A stretch of 49,373 nucleotides of DNA. Origin: Octopus bimaculoides. Taxonomy: Eukaryota. The DNA lies in assembly GCF_001194135.2 (NCBI RefSeq), contig NC_068986.1, forward strand, positions 109,482,575 to 109,531,947, in the 5' to 3' direction. Both the position numbers and the translations under genes were made by a program. The notes under the pieces are model-generated. The model had not been told where the DNA came from, made no database searches, and was given only the letters and a program-made list of their open reading frames with translations. This document shows, one piece after another, positions 10,921 through 24,387 of the stretch; the stretch's first letter is position 1; each line of letters starts with the position of its first letter.

Positions 10921-12964
10921 GCCAAGACTCACACACGTGTGAGTGTGGGGACAGACAGATATAAGTATATGCACATCTGTAAAATGTTTTTTTTGGTGTT
11001 GAGATGATCATGATTAGTCTAAGCTTAATTATTTCATCACACTTTTTTTTAACTAAACCAATGACACTTTTTATCCAATCCTCAGCCAACACATTATTAC
11101 TCCACCCACAGATCAATGATCAAAAACATATCTGCCATGGCCATCTTATATTTTGGTTTCTTTGAGAAAACACTGTCTAACCTAGGTTTTTTTCTTGAAA
11201 ACAGTAATGGGAAATTTGGTTGTTGACTGGCACCCGTGCCAACGTCGTCTCCTTCATTGGACACGAATCTCAGCTTGCGAAGACTTATTGGGGCAAGTGA
11301 AAGCGAAATCATGATGGCACCTGTGCTCAGCGTTGCCTTTCTGGCACTTGTGCCCGTGACATGTGTAAGGATTTTCAAGCGAGATGGTTGCCAGTGCCCC
11401 TGGACTGGCTCTTGTGTGGGTGGCACATAAAATACACCATTTTGAGCGTGGCCGTTGCCAGTTCCGCCTGACTGGCCTTTGTGCCAGTGGCATGTAAAAG
11501 CACCCACTACACTCTGAGTGGTTGGTGTTAGGAAGGGCATCCAGCTGTATAAACTCTGCCAAATCAGATTGGAGCTTGGTGTAGCCATCTGGTTTCACCA
11601 GTCCTCAGTCAAACCATCCAACCCATGCTAGCATGGAAAGCGGACGTTAAACGATGATGATGATGATGATGATTTCTTGCAAGATTCACTGAGGTATTTT
11701 GATACAACTGGTACATACATGGTACTTCGTCCAAATACAATGGTACATGCATAGTAGATTAGATAACCCAAATTGTACAAATATGTACCAGACTTAAAAT
11801 AGTGTCTACATAATTGGTACCGTCATAAACTGTCTAATAAGCATCTACACTATAAAGTTTTACCAAAATTTTAGAGAAGATGCATGCAAATCTTGAGAAA
11901 AAATTCCCGGTCGAAAGGGTTAAGCTGATTTCAGATTTGAAACATGTAGTCACCTCCCCAATTTAGGGAGCTACTTAAAGCTATTGCATTGAGCTGTCAG
12001 GCAACAGTTTGGAGGTTCTATCCCCAGGAGGTTATGTATTTTGCCAGTGAAGCAGCCACAAGCAGAGAAAAAAAAATCACAAATTTATTACTGTATCTAT
12101 TTAATGTAGAAAATCTATGATTGATTCTGCAATGTGAGGATGAGTGAGAGGAGAAGGAAGGGTGGTTAGTGTTCAATACAGAATCATATTTTCAGAACCA
12201 ATCAAGTAGATCTTTACAATCCCAGATTAATCTCAGCAAGTCAGGTTTATTATTTGTGATAACAGTTCTCAGTTACTGGTCGAACAGGTTCAATGTTTAC
12301 ATATAAATCATTGAAATGTGGTTGTTAGGGAAAGAGGAGGAGGAGGAAAGAAAATTAAAAGCAGACTCTTCAGAAAGAATAGAGAAAAGAGACCTTGTGT
12401 GAGTGTGTTATAGACAAATGTATCAAAGCTAAATTGATAAAAGTTATTGTATATATTTGCTGACCTGACAATAAAGCAGCTACTTTTATTCCGGGTTCTT
12501 TAATGACTCTATACAAATTAATTACATTGTAATGAAATGTTAAAATGTCTCTTTTTATGCTGACATGGTTGGCAACAATAAACACCTGGCGGTTGTTGTT
12601 TAGCCCAGGTCAAAATTGGTCAAGATGACCTATAATCTAAAGACATTCTATCTATGACCAGTCAGCCTTTCAGGAATATTGCAGTTTAGTTCAATGAAAC
12701 AGCACCTTGGGCAAGTGTTTCTTTACAGAAACAGTTCAAAACCTCATCAGCAGCAGTGGCTGTGTGGTAAGTAGCTTGCTTACCAGCCACATAGTTCTGG
12801 TTTCAGTCCCACAGCGTGGTACCTTGGGCAAGTGTCTTCTACTATAGCCTCGAGCCAACCAAAGCCTTGTGAGTGGATTTGGTAGATGGAAACTGAAAGA
12901 AGCACGTTGCATATATATATATACCCATGCTAGCATGGAAAGCGGACGTTAAATGATGATGATG

Positions 12965-12998
<34 letters not shown>

Positions 12999-13084
12999 GT
13001 GTGTGTATATGTATGTGTGTGTGTATATGTTTGTGTGTCTGTGTTTCTCCCCACAACCGATACTGGTGTGTTTACGTCCCCGTA

Positions 13085-13205
13085 ACTTACATTTACATTT
13101 GATGGATATTTGTTCTCATCTTGTTTGTCGGTAACACAATGTTTTGGCTAGAGCCTTCATCAGGTGTCTTGGGGAAATTTTGAACCTGGGTTCTCATTCC
13201 TAATG
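13085..13205. mobile_element. Penelope-like terminal-repeat remnant
   Basis: Reverse complement carries CTGATGAAGG...CCAAAACATTG, resembling the CTGA.GAAG...CGAAACG end motif of Penelope-like elements; similar motifs near 15555-15590 and 21400-21430. Motif-level evidence only. Confidence 0.35.
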
Positions 13206-14524
13206 AATTTTTTGATGTTATTATTCAGGTCACTGCCTGGAATCGAACTCGGAATCTTGGGGTTAGTAGCCCGCACTCTTAACCACTATGCCACATGAAT
13301 ATCATATATTCATTTCTAATCTAGGCACAAGGCCCAAAATCTTGGGGGAGGAGGCTTACTTTGGACTCTTGATGCTGCCTTTGAACTGCTTTTGGATAAT
13401 ACACTAACACGCACCATTTAACATCATCATCACCATCATTTAATGTCCATTTTCCATGCTGGTATGGGTTGGACAGTTTGACAAGATTCAAAAGCCAGAG
13501 AACTGCATCAAGCTCTAACATCTACATTGGCATGATTCCTGCAGTCAGATGCTCTTCCGAATCCCAACCCTTATACAGAATGGACTCAGTACTTTTCTCA
13601 TGCCACCAACATTAGTGAAGATGCAATGTAGCTCATAAGACAAGACAGCCCCTCAACTGAGAGGGGAGATGTGGTATTGTTGGAGGGGTGAGATGTGATA
13701 TTATGGGGGGAGATGTGATATTGTGAGGGAAGATGTGGTACTGCTTTCTGCCAGATGTTGAGAGGGTTAATAAAATTAACTGTTCTCATGGAGAACAAGA
13801 GCATAAAGTCATTAATCTTCACTAAATGGAGCCTCTACAGGGTGAATCCCTCTACTAGAAATGACAGCTAAATCATTCTTAATTCACACTCTTCTGCATT
13901 TTAAAAAAGGAGACACTGAATAATTAGAGAAAATCTGGAATAGTGACAGAATGACTTTTGAATGGTCCGCTTGATTGCACCTGATCTAAATTATTACACT
14001 GAGAGAGCTTCAACATGGATACCTGACCAGGTAAAAACAGTCAAAACAATTCTTAAATTACATCAAAAAAAAAAAAAAAAGCTATTTTGGATAATGCAGT
14101 CTAAAGAGACAGGATGGTCATAGTAAGACTGTCTCTGACTACAAGTTTTCCCTGATCAGGACTGACCTGGGGCTATCAACAACCCCCACCCCCCACCCTT
14201 CATTAAATGAGATGAAATATGAAAACACTGAGACTGGAATTAGGTTTCTGATGTAAAAACAATGACATTGTTTGTGTAACTGAGCAGAAATTACATCTTT
14301 CATTATATGAAACCTATTTAATCTGATTACATAAATAACAAGTGTGTGTGTGTGTGTGTAATTAACGGAGATAGAAAAGAGAATGAAATAAAACCTTGGT
14401 TCTCTCATACTTCCAATCTGTAAAACCAATTTATTCAATATAGATTTTGTGTTAAATGACATGAAGTTCATCTGCCAAAACACTGGTTATCTGTTACCAT
14501 TCATGTTTATTCTGATGAAATCCA

Positions 14525-14525
14525 C

Positions 14526-14569
<44 letters not shown>

Positions 14570-14826
14570 AGAGAGAGAGAGAGAGAGTGAGAGAGAGAGT
14601 GTGTGAGAGAGAGAGTGTGAGAGAGAGAGAGATAGAGAGCTTGGGTTGGATTTAGAGGTTACATGTTCTTATTAAACTGTACGGAGGGGAAAAGATTTTT
14701 TTTTTTGAAGTACAAAGGTCATTTAGTTGCAAGTAAACATATAATCAGATCTATAAACTCATCATTGGAGAGAGAGAGAGAGAGAGAGAAAAAGAGAGAG
14801 AGAGAGAGAAAAAGAGAGAGAGAGAG

Positions 14827-14866
<40 letters not shown>

Positions 14867-14895
14867 TGTATGTGTGTTATGTGTGTGTGTGTGTG
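14525..14895. repeat. (GA)n/(GT)n microsatellite cluster
   Basis: Direct inspection; source of the ER-repeat ORFs. Other long simple repeats: (TATG)n 8874-8911, compound (AAT)(GAT)(CAG) 16103-16220, (CT)n 32070-32142, (TCTA)n 45385-45470. Confidence 0.95.
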
Positions 14896-16101
14896 GTTAT
14901 AAGACTTACATGAACTCAAGAGGCACATGACAGCTTGCCCAAACAAAGNNNNNNNNNNNNNNNNNNNNNNNNNNNNNNNNNNNNNNNNNNNNNNNNNNNN
15001 NNNNNNNNNNNNNNNNNNNNNNNNNNNNNNNNNNNNNNNNNNNNNNNNNNNNNNNNNNNNNNNNNNNNNNNNNNNNNNNNNNNNNNNNNNNNNNNNNNNN
15101 NNNNNNNNNNNNNNNNNNNNNNNNNNNNNNNNNNNNNNNNNNNNNNNNNNNNNNNNNNNNNNNNNNNNNNNNNNNNNNNNNNNNNNNNNNNNNNNNNNNN
15201 NNNNNNNNNNNNNNNNNNNNNNNNNNNNNNNNNNNNNNNNNNNNNNNNNNNNNNNNNNNNNNNNNNNNNNNNNNNNNNNNNNNNNNNNNNNNNNNNNNNN
15301 NNNNNNNNNNNNNNNNNNNNNNNNNNNNNNNNNNNNNNNNNNNNNNNNNNNNNNNNNNNNNNNNNNNNNNNNNNNNNNNNNNNNNNNNNNNNNNNNNNNN
15401 NNNNNNNNNNNNNNNNNNNNNNNNNNNNNNNNNNNNNNNNNNNNNNNNNNNNNNNNNNNNNNNNNNNNNNNNNNNNNNNNNNNNNNNNNNNNNNNNNNNN
15501 NNNNNNNNNNNNNNNNNNNGGATGTATTAGTTTAACGCTTGGGAATAGAGAAAGTCTTTAACGTTTCGAGCTACGCTCTTCAACAGAAAGAATACGGAGA
15601 AAACAAGGAGAAAAACACGGAGAAAAAAAATTGAATGTTTTGGTCAGCGATCTATCATGGCGAAATGCTTAGCAGTATTTTGCCAGTCACTACGTTCTGA
15701 GTTCAAATTCTGCCAAGGTTGACTTTCATCCTTTCGGGGTTGATAAATTAAGTACCAGTGAAACACTAGGGTCGATGTAACTGACTTACCCCCTCCCCCA
15801 AAATTTCAGGCCTTGTGCCTATAATAGAAAGGATTCTTATTCTTACTATTATTATTATTATTAATAAGGAGGAGAGGGAAGAGGAGGATTTCTGATACAC
15901 AGGTACAAGATAAACAAATTTACAGGTGAGGCGTGTAGTGGATTAAATCATAAATCAACAGCAATATTTTGATTGATTTCTGCTCCACCTATATAAGGAT
16001 GAAATACCATGGCAACCCAGACGAGATGGGAAACAAGGAGAAAAGAAATAAACATAGCAAAGGATTTCCTTGACGACCCATTGACTTCACCATTTCACCC
16101 T

Positions 16102-16138
<37 letters not shown>

Positions 16139-19100
16139 TAATAATGATGATGATGATGATGATAATAAGTAGTAGTAGCAGCAGCAGCAGCATCAGTAGT
16201 TGCAGCAGCAGCAGCAGCAGTAGAACATCACAGCCATGTGTTGAGAGGAATTCTTTGGGGTTTGAATAATTCACCTCTGAAAACATGGGTGTTTCATTTA
16301 ACATCCTTAACCCTTATTCAAGGACCTTTTGAGTGGGATGGGCTACTCGACCTGAAGAAAATTCTAACTGGGCCCCACCTGCAAGGTCATCATGAGCTGT
16401 TTATTTTCATATGAGATCACCATGTCGCGCACATATGGTTGTGATGCATGTGCCTGGTGTACCGTTATCAGACGGGTAGTCATGATGGGTATACTGGGCT
16501 TCGTATATTCGTACTCCAATATCACTGATGGTGTATGCTGCTCTCTCACTCAAGCAAAAAGCCCTGAAATTTGTAGGAGGGTGCTGGCTGATTACATCAT
16601 CCCTTAATGCTCATCTGATACTTATTTTATTGATCCCCAAAAAGGCGAAAGACAAAGTTAACCTTGGTAGGGTTTGAACTTAAAATGTAAAGAGCTGAAA
16701 AATACTAAGCATTTCGTCTGAGATGGTAACAACTCTACAAGAGCTTGAGGTTTTACTGTTAATAATAACTCCTTTATTTGCATGAAGGGCAAGAGATGAG
16801 GGGAAATTAGACAAATCATTTTTAGAATAAATGTTCTTCTACAATTATATATTTTGTGTCACACAAAGGAAAATATCTGCAATATGGACCGCTTCCTGTT
16901 GGCCTTGACACATTTCCTGTGTCCTTATGTTTACGAGGGGGAGACAAGCACCTCCACCCAGCCAAGCCTGCATCCAGGGACATGTTTCTGAGTTTTTGCT
17001 CGTCATCAGCCTGGAGTAGCATGACCTGCAAGTCGAAGATGCCTGTCAAGCTCTCGTAAACATAATAATTGTAGTGAAACACATTCACTGATTACAAAAA
17101 TTAGAAATGATACATTTTTAAATCTCTGAGATGAAGAAATGTATCGTTTCTAATTCCAAAATGGTTAAAGTCAAATGTCACGTGACTGATGCTCAGCATC
17201 TACATCATAAACTTCTCAGAAAACATCAAGTCATACAGTTAGCAGAAGACTCTGCTGTTTGAGGATACGAGAACAAATATATCCCAGAACCTCACATTTG
17301 CAGCTAACTGGTTCTGCTTCTGAAGAAATGGAAAAGGAAATGAAGGCACAGGAGTGGCTGTGTGGTAAGTAGCTTGCTTACCAACCACATGGTTCCGGGT
17401 TCATTCCCACTGCGTGGCACCTTGGGCCAGTGTCTTCTACTATAGCCTCGGGCCGACCAAAGCCTTGTGAGTGGATTTGGTAGACGGAAACTGAAAGAAG
17501 CCCGTCGTATGTATGTATATTTCATCATCATCATCATCATCGTTTAACGTCCGCTTTCCATGCTAGCATGGGTTGGACGATTTGACTGAGGACTGGTGAA
17601 ACCGGATGGCAACACCAGGCTCCAGTCTNNNNNNNNNNNNNNNNNNNNNNNNNNNNNNNNNNNNNNNNNNNNNNNNNNNNNNNNNNNNNNNNNNNNNNNN
17701 NNNNNNNNNNNNNNNNNNNNNNNNNNNNNNNNNNNNNNNNNNNNNNNNNNNNNNNNNNNNNNNNNNNNNNNNNNNNNNNTGTGTGTGTGTGTTTGTGTCT
17801 GTGTTTGCCCCCCCCCAACACCACTTGACAACCGATGCTGGTGTGTTTACGTCCCCGTAACTTAGCGGTTCGGCAAAAAAGACCGATAGAATAAGTACTA
17901 GACTTCCAAGAATAAGTCCAGTATGGCCGCAGTCAAATGACTGAAACAAGTAAAAGAGTAAAAGAGAGAGAGAGAGAGAAAGGACATTGCAGAGATATTG
18001 CAAATTTATGTTATTTTAATATTGTTAATAATTTGAACTATTTACCATCATTATTGATGACATGGATAGACTAATTACATATTAATCATAATGAGAAAAT
18101 GACAATGGAACTTTAACATATGAACAGTGAAGAAATAGCAGATAAAAAGCCTGGCATAATTTTCCATGACAAAAATTAGCGTAATAATAACTGACACAGT
18201 AAATTAATGTGTCGCACAGATGCAAGATGGGAAGCTAAGGAGTTACACGGACATAACTGTTGAATTAGATAGTATTGCCACAGTAGAGAGAGAGAGGGGG
18301 AGAAAGAGAGACAGAAAGAGAGAGAGAAAGAGAGGAGATGTTTATCATTCTACTGCTGATAACTTACAGATGCATCATCATCATTTGGCGTCTGCTTTCC
18401 ATGCGGGGGGGGGGGCAACACTGAAGAATTCTAGTCAAATTGCCCCCAGTACTTATATCAGTCTCTTTTGTTGGACTGTTAAGTTATGGGGATGTAAACA
18501 ACCAACCAGTTTTCAATGAGTGATAGGAATCACAACACGCACACACACACACACGCACACGCACGCACGCACACACACACACACACGCACAAACAGGATT
18601 CTTTCAGTTTCTGTGCACCAAATCCACAAGGTTTAGGCCGGCCTGAGGTAGACACATGCCTAAGGTACCATGCAGTGGAACTGAACCCAGGACCATGTGG
18701 TTGGGAAGCAGACTTCTTACCACACACCCACACCTCATCAGTTTATAATTATCTAGAAATTTTGGCTTTCTGTACAACACCTAGCAGAATCATTTGAGTG
18801 TTTCAATAAATACTTTGTGGCATTTCTTCCAGCTTTTTACGTTCTGAGTTCAATTCCTGCTCAAGTCACCTTTGCATTACCACTTTTCAGGGTCAATGGA
18901 ATAAAGTGCCAGTCAAATACTAGAGATTGCTGGCCTTGTGCTCCAATCAGAAACCATTCTATCTGTTTGTCTGTATATATATATATATATATATAAAATT
19001 GAGATTCAGTTGAATGAGGTACTTAAGTGGAAGCACCAAGTCCAGTCTGGTATTATCCGCACAGCTTGAAGTGGATGAAATCAAAATAAGCAACAGGATA

Positions 19101-19244
19101 TCAAGTAGTGATGCAGTACGACCATTTAAAGAGAGGAGGTATTCTCTGATGATGAAAATACAACAGTGATCAGATATTCACATCCAAATCTGCCAGAACG
19201 TATTAAAAATGGATACATCATTGTTTATAGAAGTGATTTTAAAT

Positions 19245-19737
19245 TCTGTCTTGAGTATTACTGGTATTTTGTAAATATGATATAAAAAAATAACAACAAA
19301 ATAACAGTTGATCTCTCTCATCCCCCCTGTACATAAAACTCGAGTTGTTATCAGTCCTACTCAACAACAAGGACTGCTTAACTGATTATCATCCTGCGTT
19401 TGAGAATTTAAAATCACTTCTTTAACTTTCTAAGACACCTCAACGCTTCTAAAAGCAATCTTTGTTTGTTTACGTTTATCATAATTTTAATTTATCGTTG
19501 TTTATATTTTGTAAACCTCATGAATTATTTTTGCTTCAGTATTTGAATTATCTATTATTATCTCTATTGATAATCAGTTAAGTAGTCCTTGTTGTTGAGT
19601 AGGACTGATAACAACTCGAGTTTTATGTGCGGGGGNNNNNNNNNNNNNNNNNNNNNGGGGGGGGGAGAATGAGAGAGAGCAACTGTTGTTATTGTTTTAT
19701 ATTATATATACAAAATACCAGTAATATTCAAGACAGA
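19245..19737. repeat. Fold-back element, ~150-bp inverted arms around a 176-bp spacer
   Basis: 19245-19391 is complementary to 19568-19737; inner ~60 bp differ at one base. Confidence 0.85.
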
Positions 19738-20087
19738 GGACATTTGGAAAGACAAAAAATACAGCTCTCTTCTACCTCAGCCATCTTTGTTTCATTATCA
19801 TAACTAATGACCCTTTCTACTATAGACACAAGACCAGAAATTTGTGGGGAGGGGGCCAGTCAACCCAGTATGCAACTGGTACTTAAAGGATGAAAGGCAA
19901 AGTTGACCTTGGCGGAATATTATCATAGCTAATAATGATAGCAATCTTTTCTGCAATAGGCACAAGGCTTGAAATTTTAAAGGGGAGGGGCTAATTGATT
20001 ACATGAACCTCAGTGCTCAACTGGTATTTATTTTGACCCCAAAAGGATGAAAGCCAATGTTAATCTCAACAATAATGATAATAAAAA

Positions 20088-20457
20088 TAACAAGAGCACT
20101 CAGAGAGCGCAAACCTCTGCCAAGGCAACACCAATGTCCTCTCAATGATTAGCCGGAGATGATTTTTAAAATGAGAATATCTGAAATAAACGCGATTGCT
20201 CTCACAAACGAGAATACTAAAAATGAACTCAACCACTCTCAAAAATTAAGTAAAAAACAGAAAAAATAATCCAGAATCCTTGTCCGGTACCGGATTGATC
20301 CCAAAATCTAAATAGTTCGTGCCAGTCATGAGGCCAAACATCCCTGAAAGTTTCATCCAAATCCATCCAGCGGTTCTTGAGATATCTTGTCCATGGACAA
20401 ACAAACAAACAAATGTGACTGAAAACAATACCTCTGCCTTCACTAAGGCAGAGATAA
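20088..20457 (+). mobile_element. HINE/DINE-like (Helentron-associated) non-autonomous element
   Basis: 5' subterminal ACCTCTGCC, internal (ACAA)n, 3' hairpin CTCTGCCTT-cact-AAGGCAGAG just before the end. Confidence 0.55.
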
Positions 20458-21744
20458 CAAAAGAAATATAAATATATATATTTACAAAAAAATCTGTGAA
20501 TATAATTCTAGATCTATTAAAATAGTAGCAGCTTTATATAAACTGGCAACTGCAACATACCTTGCTCATTCAAGTGAACCATGGTCAATTGATTCCTGGC
20601 TGTTATTCATACCTGTACACACCTGTACATCCACACACCTGGCTGGTTACATCAATCTACAGTCTGCACTCCCACACAACATTCCAATACTTCCCACCCA
20701 CTCGTTCTTTAGATCAATGCTGAAAGATGGCCCAGGGTTGTACAAATTTTGAACTGGTCTCTATACAGCAGGTCAGTTCATTCATTTGTACAAACCATCG
20801 TGTGTGTGTGTGTGTGTGTGTGTGCGCGTGTGTGTAGAAATACATATCTGCGTAGAGATATTGTTTTATTCTTTTGTTTGTTTCAGTCATTTGGCTGCGG
20901 CCATGCTGGAGCACTGTCTTCAGAGTTAAAGGAATCAACCCCAAGAGTTATTCTTTGTAAGCCTAACACTTATTCTATCAGTCTCTTTTGCTGAACCACT
21001 AAGTTACGGGGACGTAAACACACCAGCATCAGTTGTCAAGCAATAGTAGGGGGACAAACACAAAGACACATACATAGATGCATATATCTATAGCAATCTA
21101 TATATGTATGTATGTAAATGTTTGTGTGTCTGTGTTTGTCCTCACCGACATCACTTGACAACCGATGCTGGTGTGTTTACGTCCCCGTAACTTAACGGTT
21201 CAGCAAAAGAGACCGATCGAGTAAGTATTAGGTTTACAAAGAATAAGTCCTGGGGTCAATTTGTTCAATTAAAGGCGGTGCTCCAGCATGGCTGCAGTCA
21301 AAATGAGTGAAACAAGTAAAAGAATATATATAAATATTGTTGGTGATTTTTTTCTTTTTTCTTCTTCCTTTTTTTTTTGGACTTTCCTCAGTCTCCTGTT
21401 TCTGAAGAAGAGCTTTGCTCGAAATGTGAAACAACCACTCTTTCTTTCCTTCTCTGAGCATCTCATTAATACTTTGCATGTACCACGCCCTCACATTGTT
21501 GATTTTTTTCTTGTTTTTTTTCTGTTTTTTTTAAAAATTAATTATACACAAACACACACACATATATATATATGATGGGCTTCTTTCAGTTTCCGTCTAT
21601 CAAACCCACTCGCAAGGCTTTGGTCGGCCTGAGGCTATAGTAGAAGACACTTGCCCAAGGTGCCACGCAGTGGGACTGAACCTGGAACCATGTGGTTGGT
21701 AAGCAAGCTGCTTACCACACAGCCACTCCTGTGCCATCATCATC

Positions 21745-22330
21745 ATCATCGTTTAACGTCTGCTTTCCATGCTAGCATGGGTTGGACAGTTTGACTGAGA
21801 ACTAGCAAGCCAGGAGGTTACACCAGGCTCCAATCTGATTTGTCAAGGTTTCCACAGCTGGATGCCCTTCCTAATGCTAACCACTCTTAGAGTGTAGTGG
21901 ATGCTTTTACATGCCACCTGCACAGAAGCCAGTTAGGCGGCACTGGCATTGGCCTTGACTATCATTTCACTCGGTTCAACAGGTCTTCACAAGCACGGCA
22001 TATCACCCAACGATTGAAGGGTGTTTTTAAATGGGCTGGTTATGTAACACTGGCATAGGTCATGGTTACAGTCTCACTTTACTTCCTGGATCTTGTCAAG
22101 CACAGCATATCTCCAAAGGTCACAGTCGCTTGTCATTGCCTCTGTGAGGCCCAATGTCCACCACCCCATCTCAGGTCTTCCTGGGTCTACCTCTTCCACA
22201 GCTTCCTTCCACTGTTAGAGTGTGACACTTCTCCATACCATTGTCCTCATCCATACACATCACATGACCATACCAGTGCAGTCATTTCACTTGCACACCA
22301 CATCTGAGGCTTCTTATATCCAACCTCTCA
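21745..22330 (-). mobile_element. RTE LINE 3' end (ORF2 C-terminus, 3'UTR, (GAT)n tail)
   Basis: Reverse complement encodes LHWYGHVMCMDED...VEGSCGRGRPRKT...DLWRYAV, followed by the common ...GCATGGAAAGCAGACGTTAAAC(GAT)n tail. Confidence 0.8.
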
Positions 22331-22604
22331 CTGTTCAATATTAGCAGGTGTGTGTGTGTACACACACACACACACACATGCTAATATTGAATAGTGGGAA
22401 TGAGTGCTCAATACCGCATTTACTCTTTTACTTGTTTCAGTCTTTTGACTGTGGCCATGCTGGAGCACCGCCTTTTAGTCAAGCAAATCGACCCCAGGAC
22501 ATTCTTTGTAAGCCTAGTACTTATTCTATCGGTCTCTTTTTGCCGAATCGCTAAGTTGCGGGGGCATAAACACACCAACATCGGTTATCAAGCAATGCTA
22601 GGGA

Positions 22605-22653
<49 letters not shown>

Positions 22654-22681
22654 NNNNNNNNNNTATCAAGCAATGCTAGGG

Positions 22682-22714
<33 letters not shown>

Positions 22715-24387
22715 CTGGCTTCTGGATAAATATGTGGATAAATATATTTTTGCTTGTGGGTGAATGAGGGAACTGATGGTTTCATGTGAAGAGATCTTCA
22801 CAATTATTCAAACGTGCCTCACATTTCAACCCAGGCAAAGTTTGTTTTTTGGAGGGAAAAAAATGTGTTTAAGCTATAAATATTTTACCTGGTTTGAATA
22901 TTCTGAGAAAACTTATGAGCCTTTTAACCCTTTTGATAGAAACCCCTGCTGGAAACTGCTCCTAGTTCCATGATACAACCTCCTTTTAAAATGATCAAAA
23001 TTAAAACATTCCATCATAATTTCATGACAATTTATCTTCCAGATGCCAACTTAATAATAATAACTAATAATTATTATTATTAATGCTAACTTAATAACTA
23101 AATTATTTTACTAAAGTCTTCGTTATTTCAAAAATCAATTGAAACAAAAAATAGTGGATTTCTACAGAAAAATGGTAAGGAAAGGGCTTAAACATTCAAC
23201 AGTTCCAGTTTCTGCAACTTTGTGAAGTTACAGCAGCCCTAAGAGGACACAATCAGCACTGCTCTATGCAGTCATTCAATTAGCTAGAAATAGCAGTCAA
23301 ATTTCCTTTTAAAAAAAAAAATCCAGACTGTATAATTCAGATTGATCTAAGCTAGGTCTGAAAATAAAACAGGATGGTCACAGCTGGTGCTTTTGATTGT
23401 AAAAGGTCTACATGAGCATGGCTGACCTGAAACTAAAACAACAACTGCAATAATCAATCTTCAAAACAATTTGCACAAAACCAGTTCATGTTATATGTTG
23501 GAACTATTATGAGTTGGAGAGAGACATGTTTGTCCTGATGTCAGAATATTCCTATGTTAAAATGCAGAAAGATGTCAGTGAGTAAGAGTGAGTGTATGAT
23601 ATAAATAACTTGCCAAACCTTGTGAGGGTTGTTCAATCTGCTAGAAACAGCAGTTACATCTCACTTCAATACTACTCTACCATCATATAAAATATGGTTC
23701 AAATATGCTGAGCCTGGGAATAAAAGACAGGATAGTCAAAGCTAGAAATCTTTGGCCAAAGGACTAATCTAACCTAAGGCAATAACATTCTTCAGTTGTA
23801 AGTTTTGTATTGTTAGAATTCTGCTAACTAATTCTGTCCTCCACACACAAATCCTAAGTCCATGGAAAGCAGACGTTAAACAACTACAACAAAGATGATG
23901 ATGATGGCACAGGAGTAGTTGTGTGGTAAGTAGCTTGCTTACCAACCACATGGTTCCGGGTTCAGTCCCATTGTGTGGCACCTTGGGCAAGTGTCTTCTA
24001 CTATAGCCCCAGGCCGACCAAATGTGTAAAATGAGGGAGACAATGATGTTCTTCAGTTTGATAGAAAAAGTGCATTCCAACAGAAATATGGTAATAAAGG
24101 GGTTAATTTATTGGAATGTGTTGATTTTTGCTTAACTAAAAGACAATTAAAACTATGCAGCAAGCACCTGTAAATCTGTGATTTCTACATTCTTTGCAAA
24201 AACCCTTCATGTTGGAAACCATTTTCTCAATGGAAGATTCAGCCTTGAATATCAGAGCTAGGTAGAGGAATGGTCAGTGGGTTGTGCTGGGTCACTGTTC
24301 AGTTTCCTATCCCAGGGTTATTTAGCACTGACCTCAGGTTAAACAACTCCATCTTCCATTTCATTGTTCCTACAGAACCTTCCTCAT

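Noticed and set aside
13230-13300. tRNA-like sequences with A/B boxes (also heads at 4470-4540, 10411, 37940, 47064)
   Set aside because: Stems do not pair fully and they run into repeat bodies: SINE heads, not tRNA genes.
14395-14417. 23-nt exon-like segment reading WKYERTK, reminiscent of a TRP box
   Set aside because: Too short, no other TRP-like exon found, alternative frames equally open.
14449-14946. ER-repeat, HT-repeat, YI-repeat and poly-L/I ORFs throughout the window
   Set aside because: Translations of microsatellites.
16822-17330. GC-richer patch with several open frames and exon-like signals (e.g. HLRLAGH, EAEPVSCKCEVLGYICSRILKQQSLLLT)
   Set aside because: No frame can be chosen; HLRLAGH and LRNM...WR resemble a deleted RTE ORF2 C-terminus, so a decayed LINE is as likely as a gene.
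22585-22712. Direct repeat TATCAAGCAATGCTAGGGAA(CA)n on both sides of a 10-N gap
   Set aside because: Typical unmerged contig overlap; assembly artefact.
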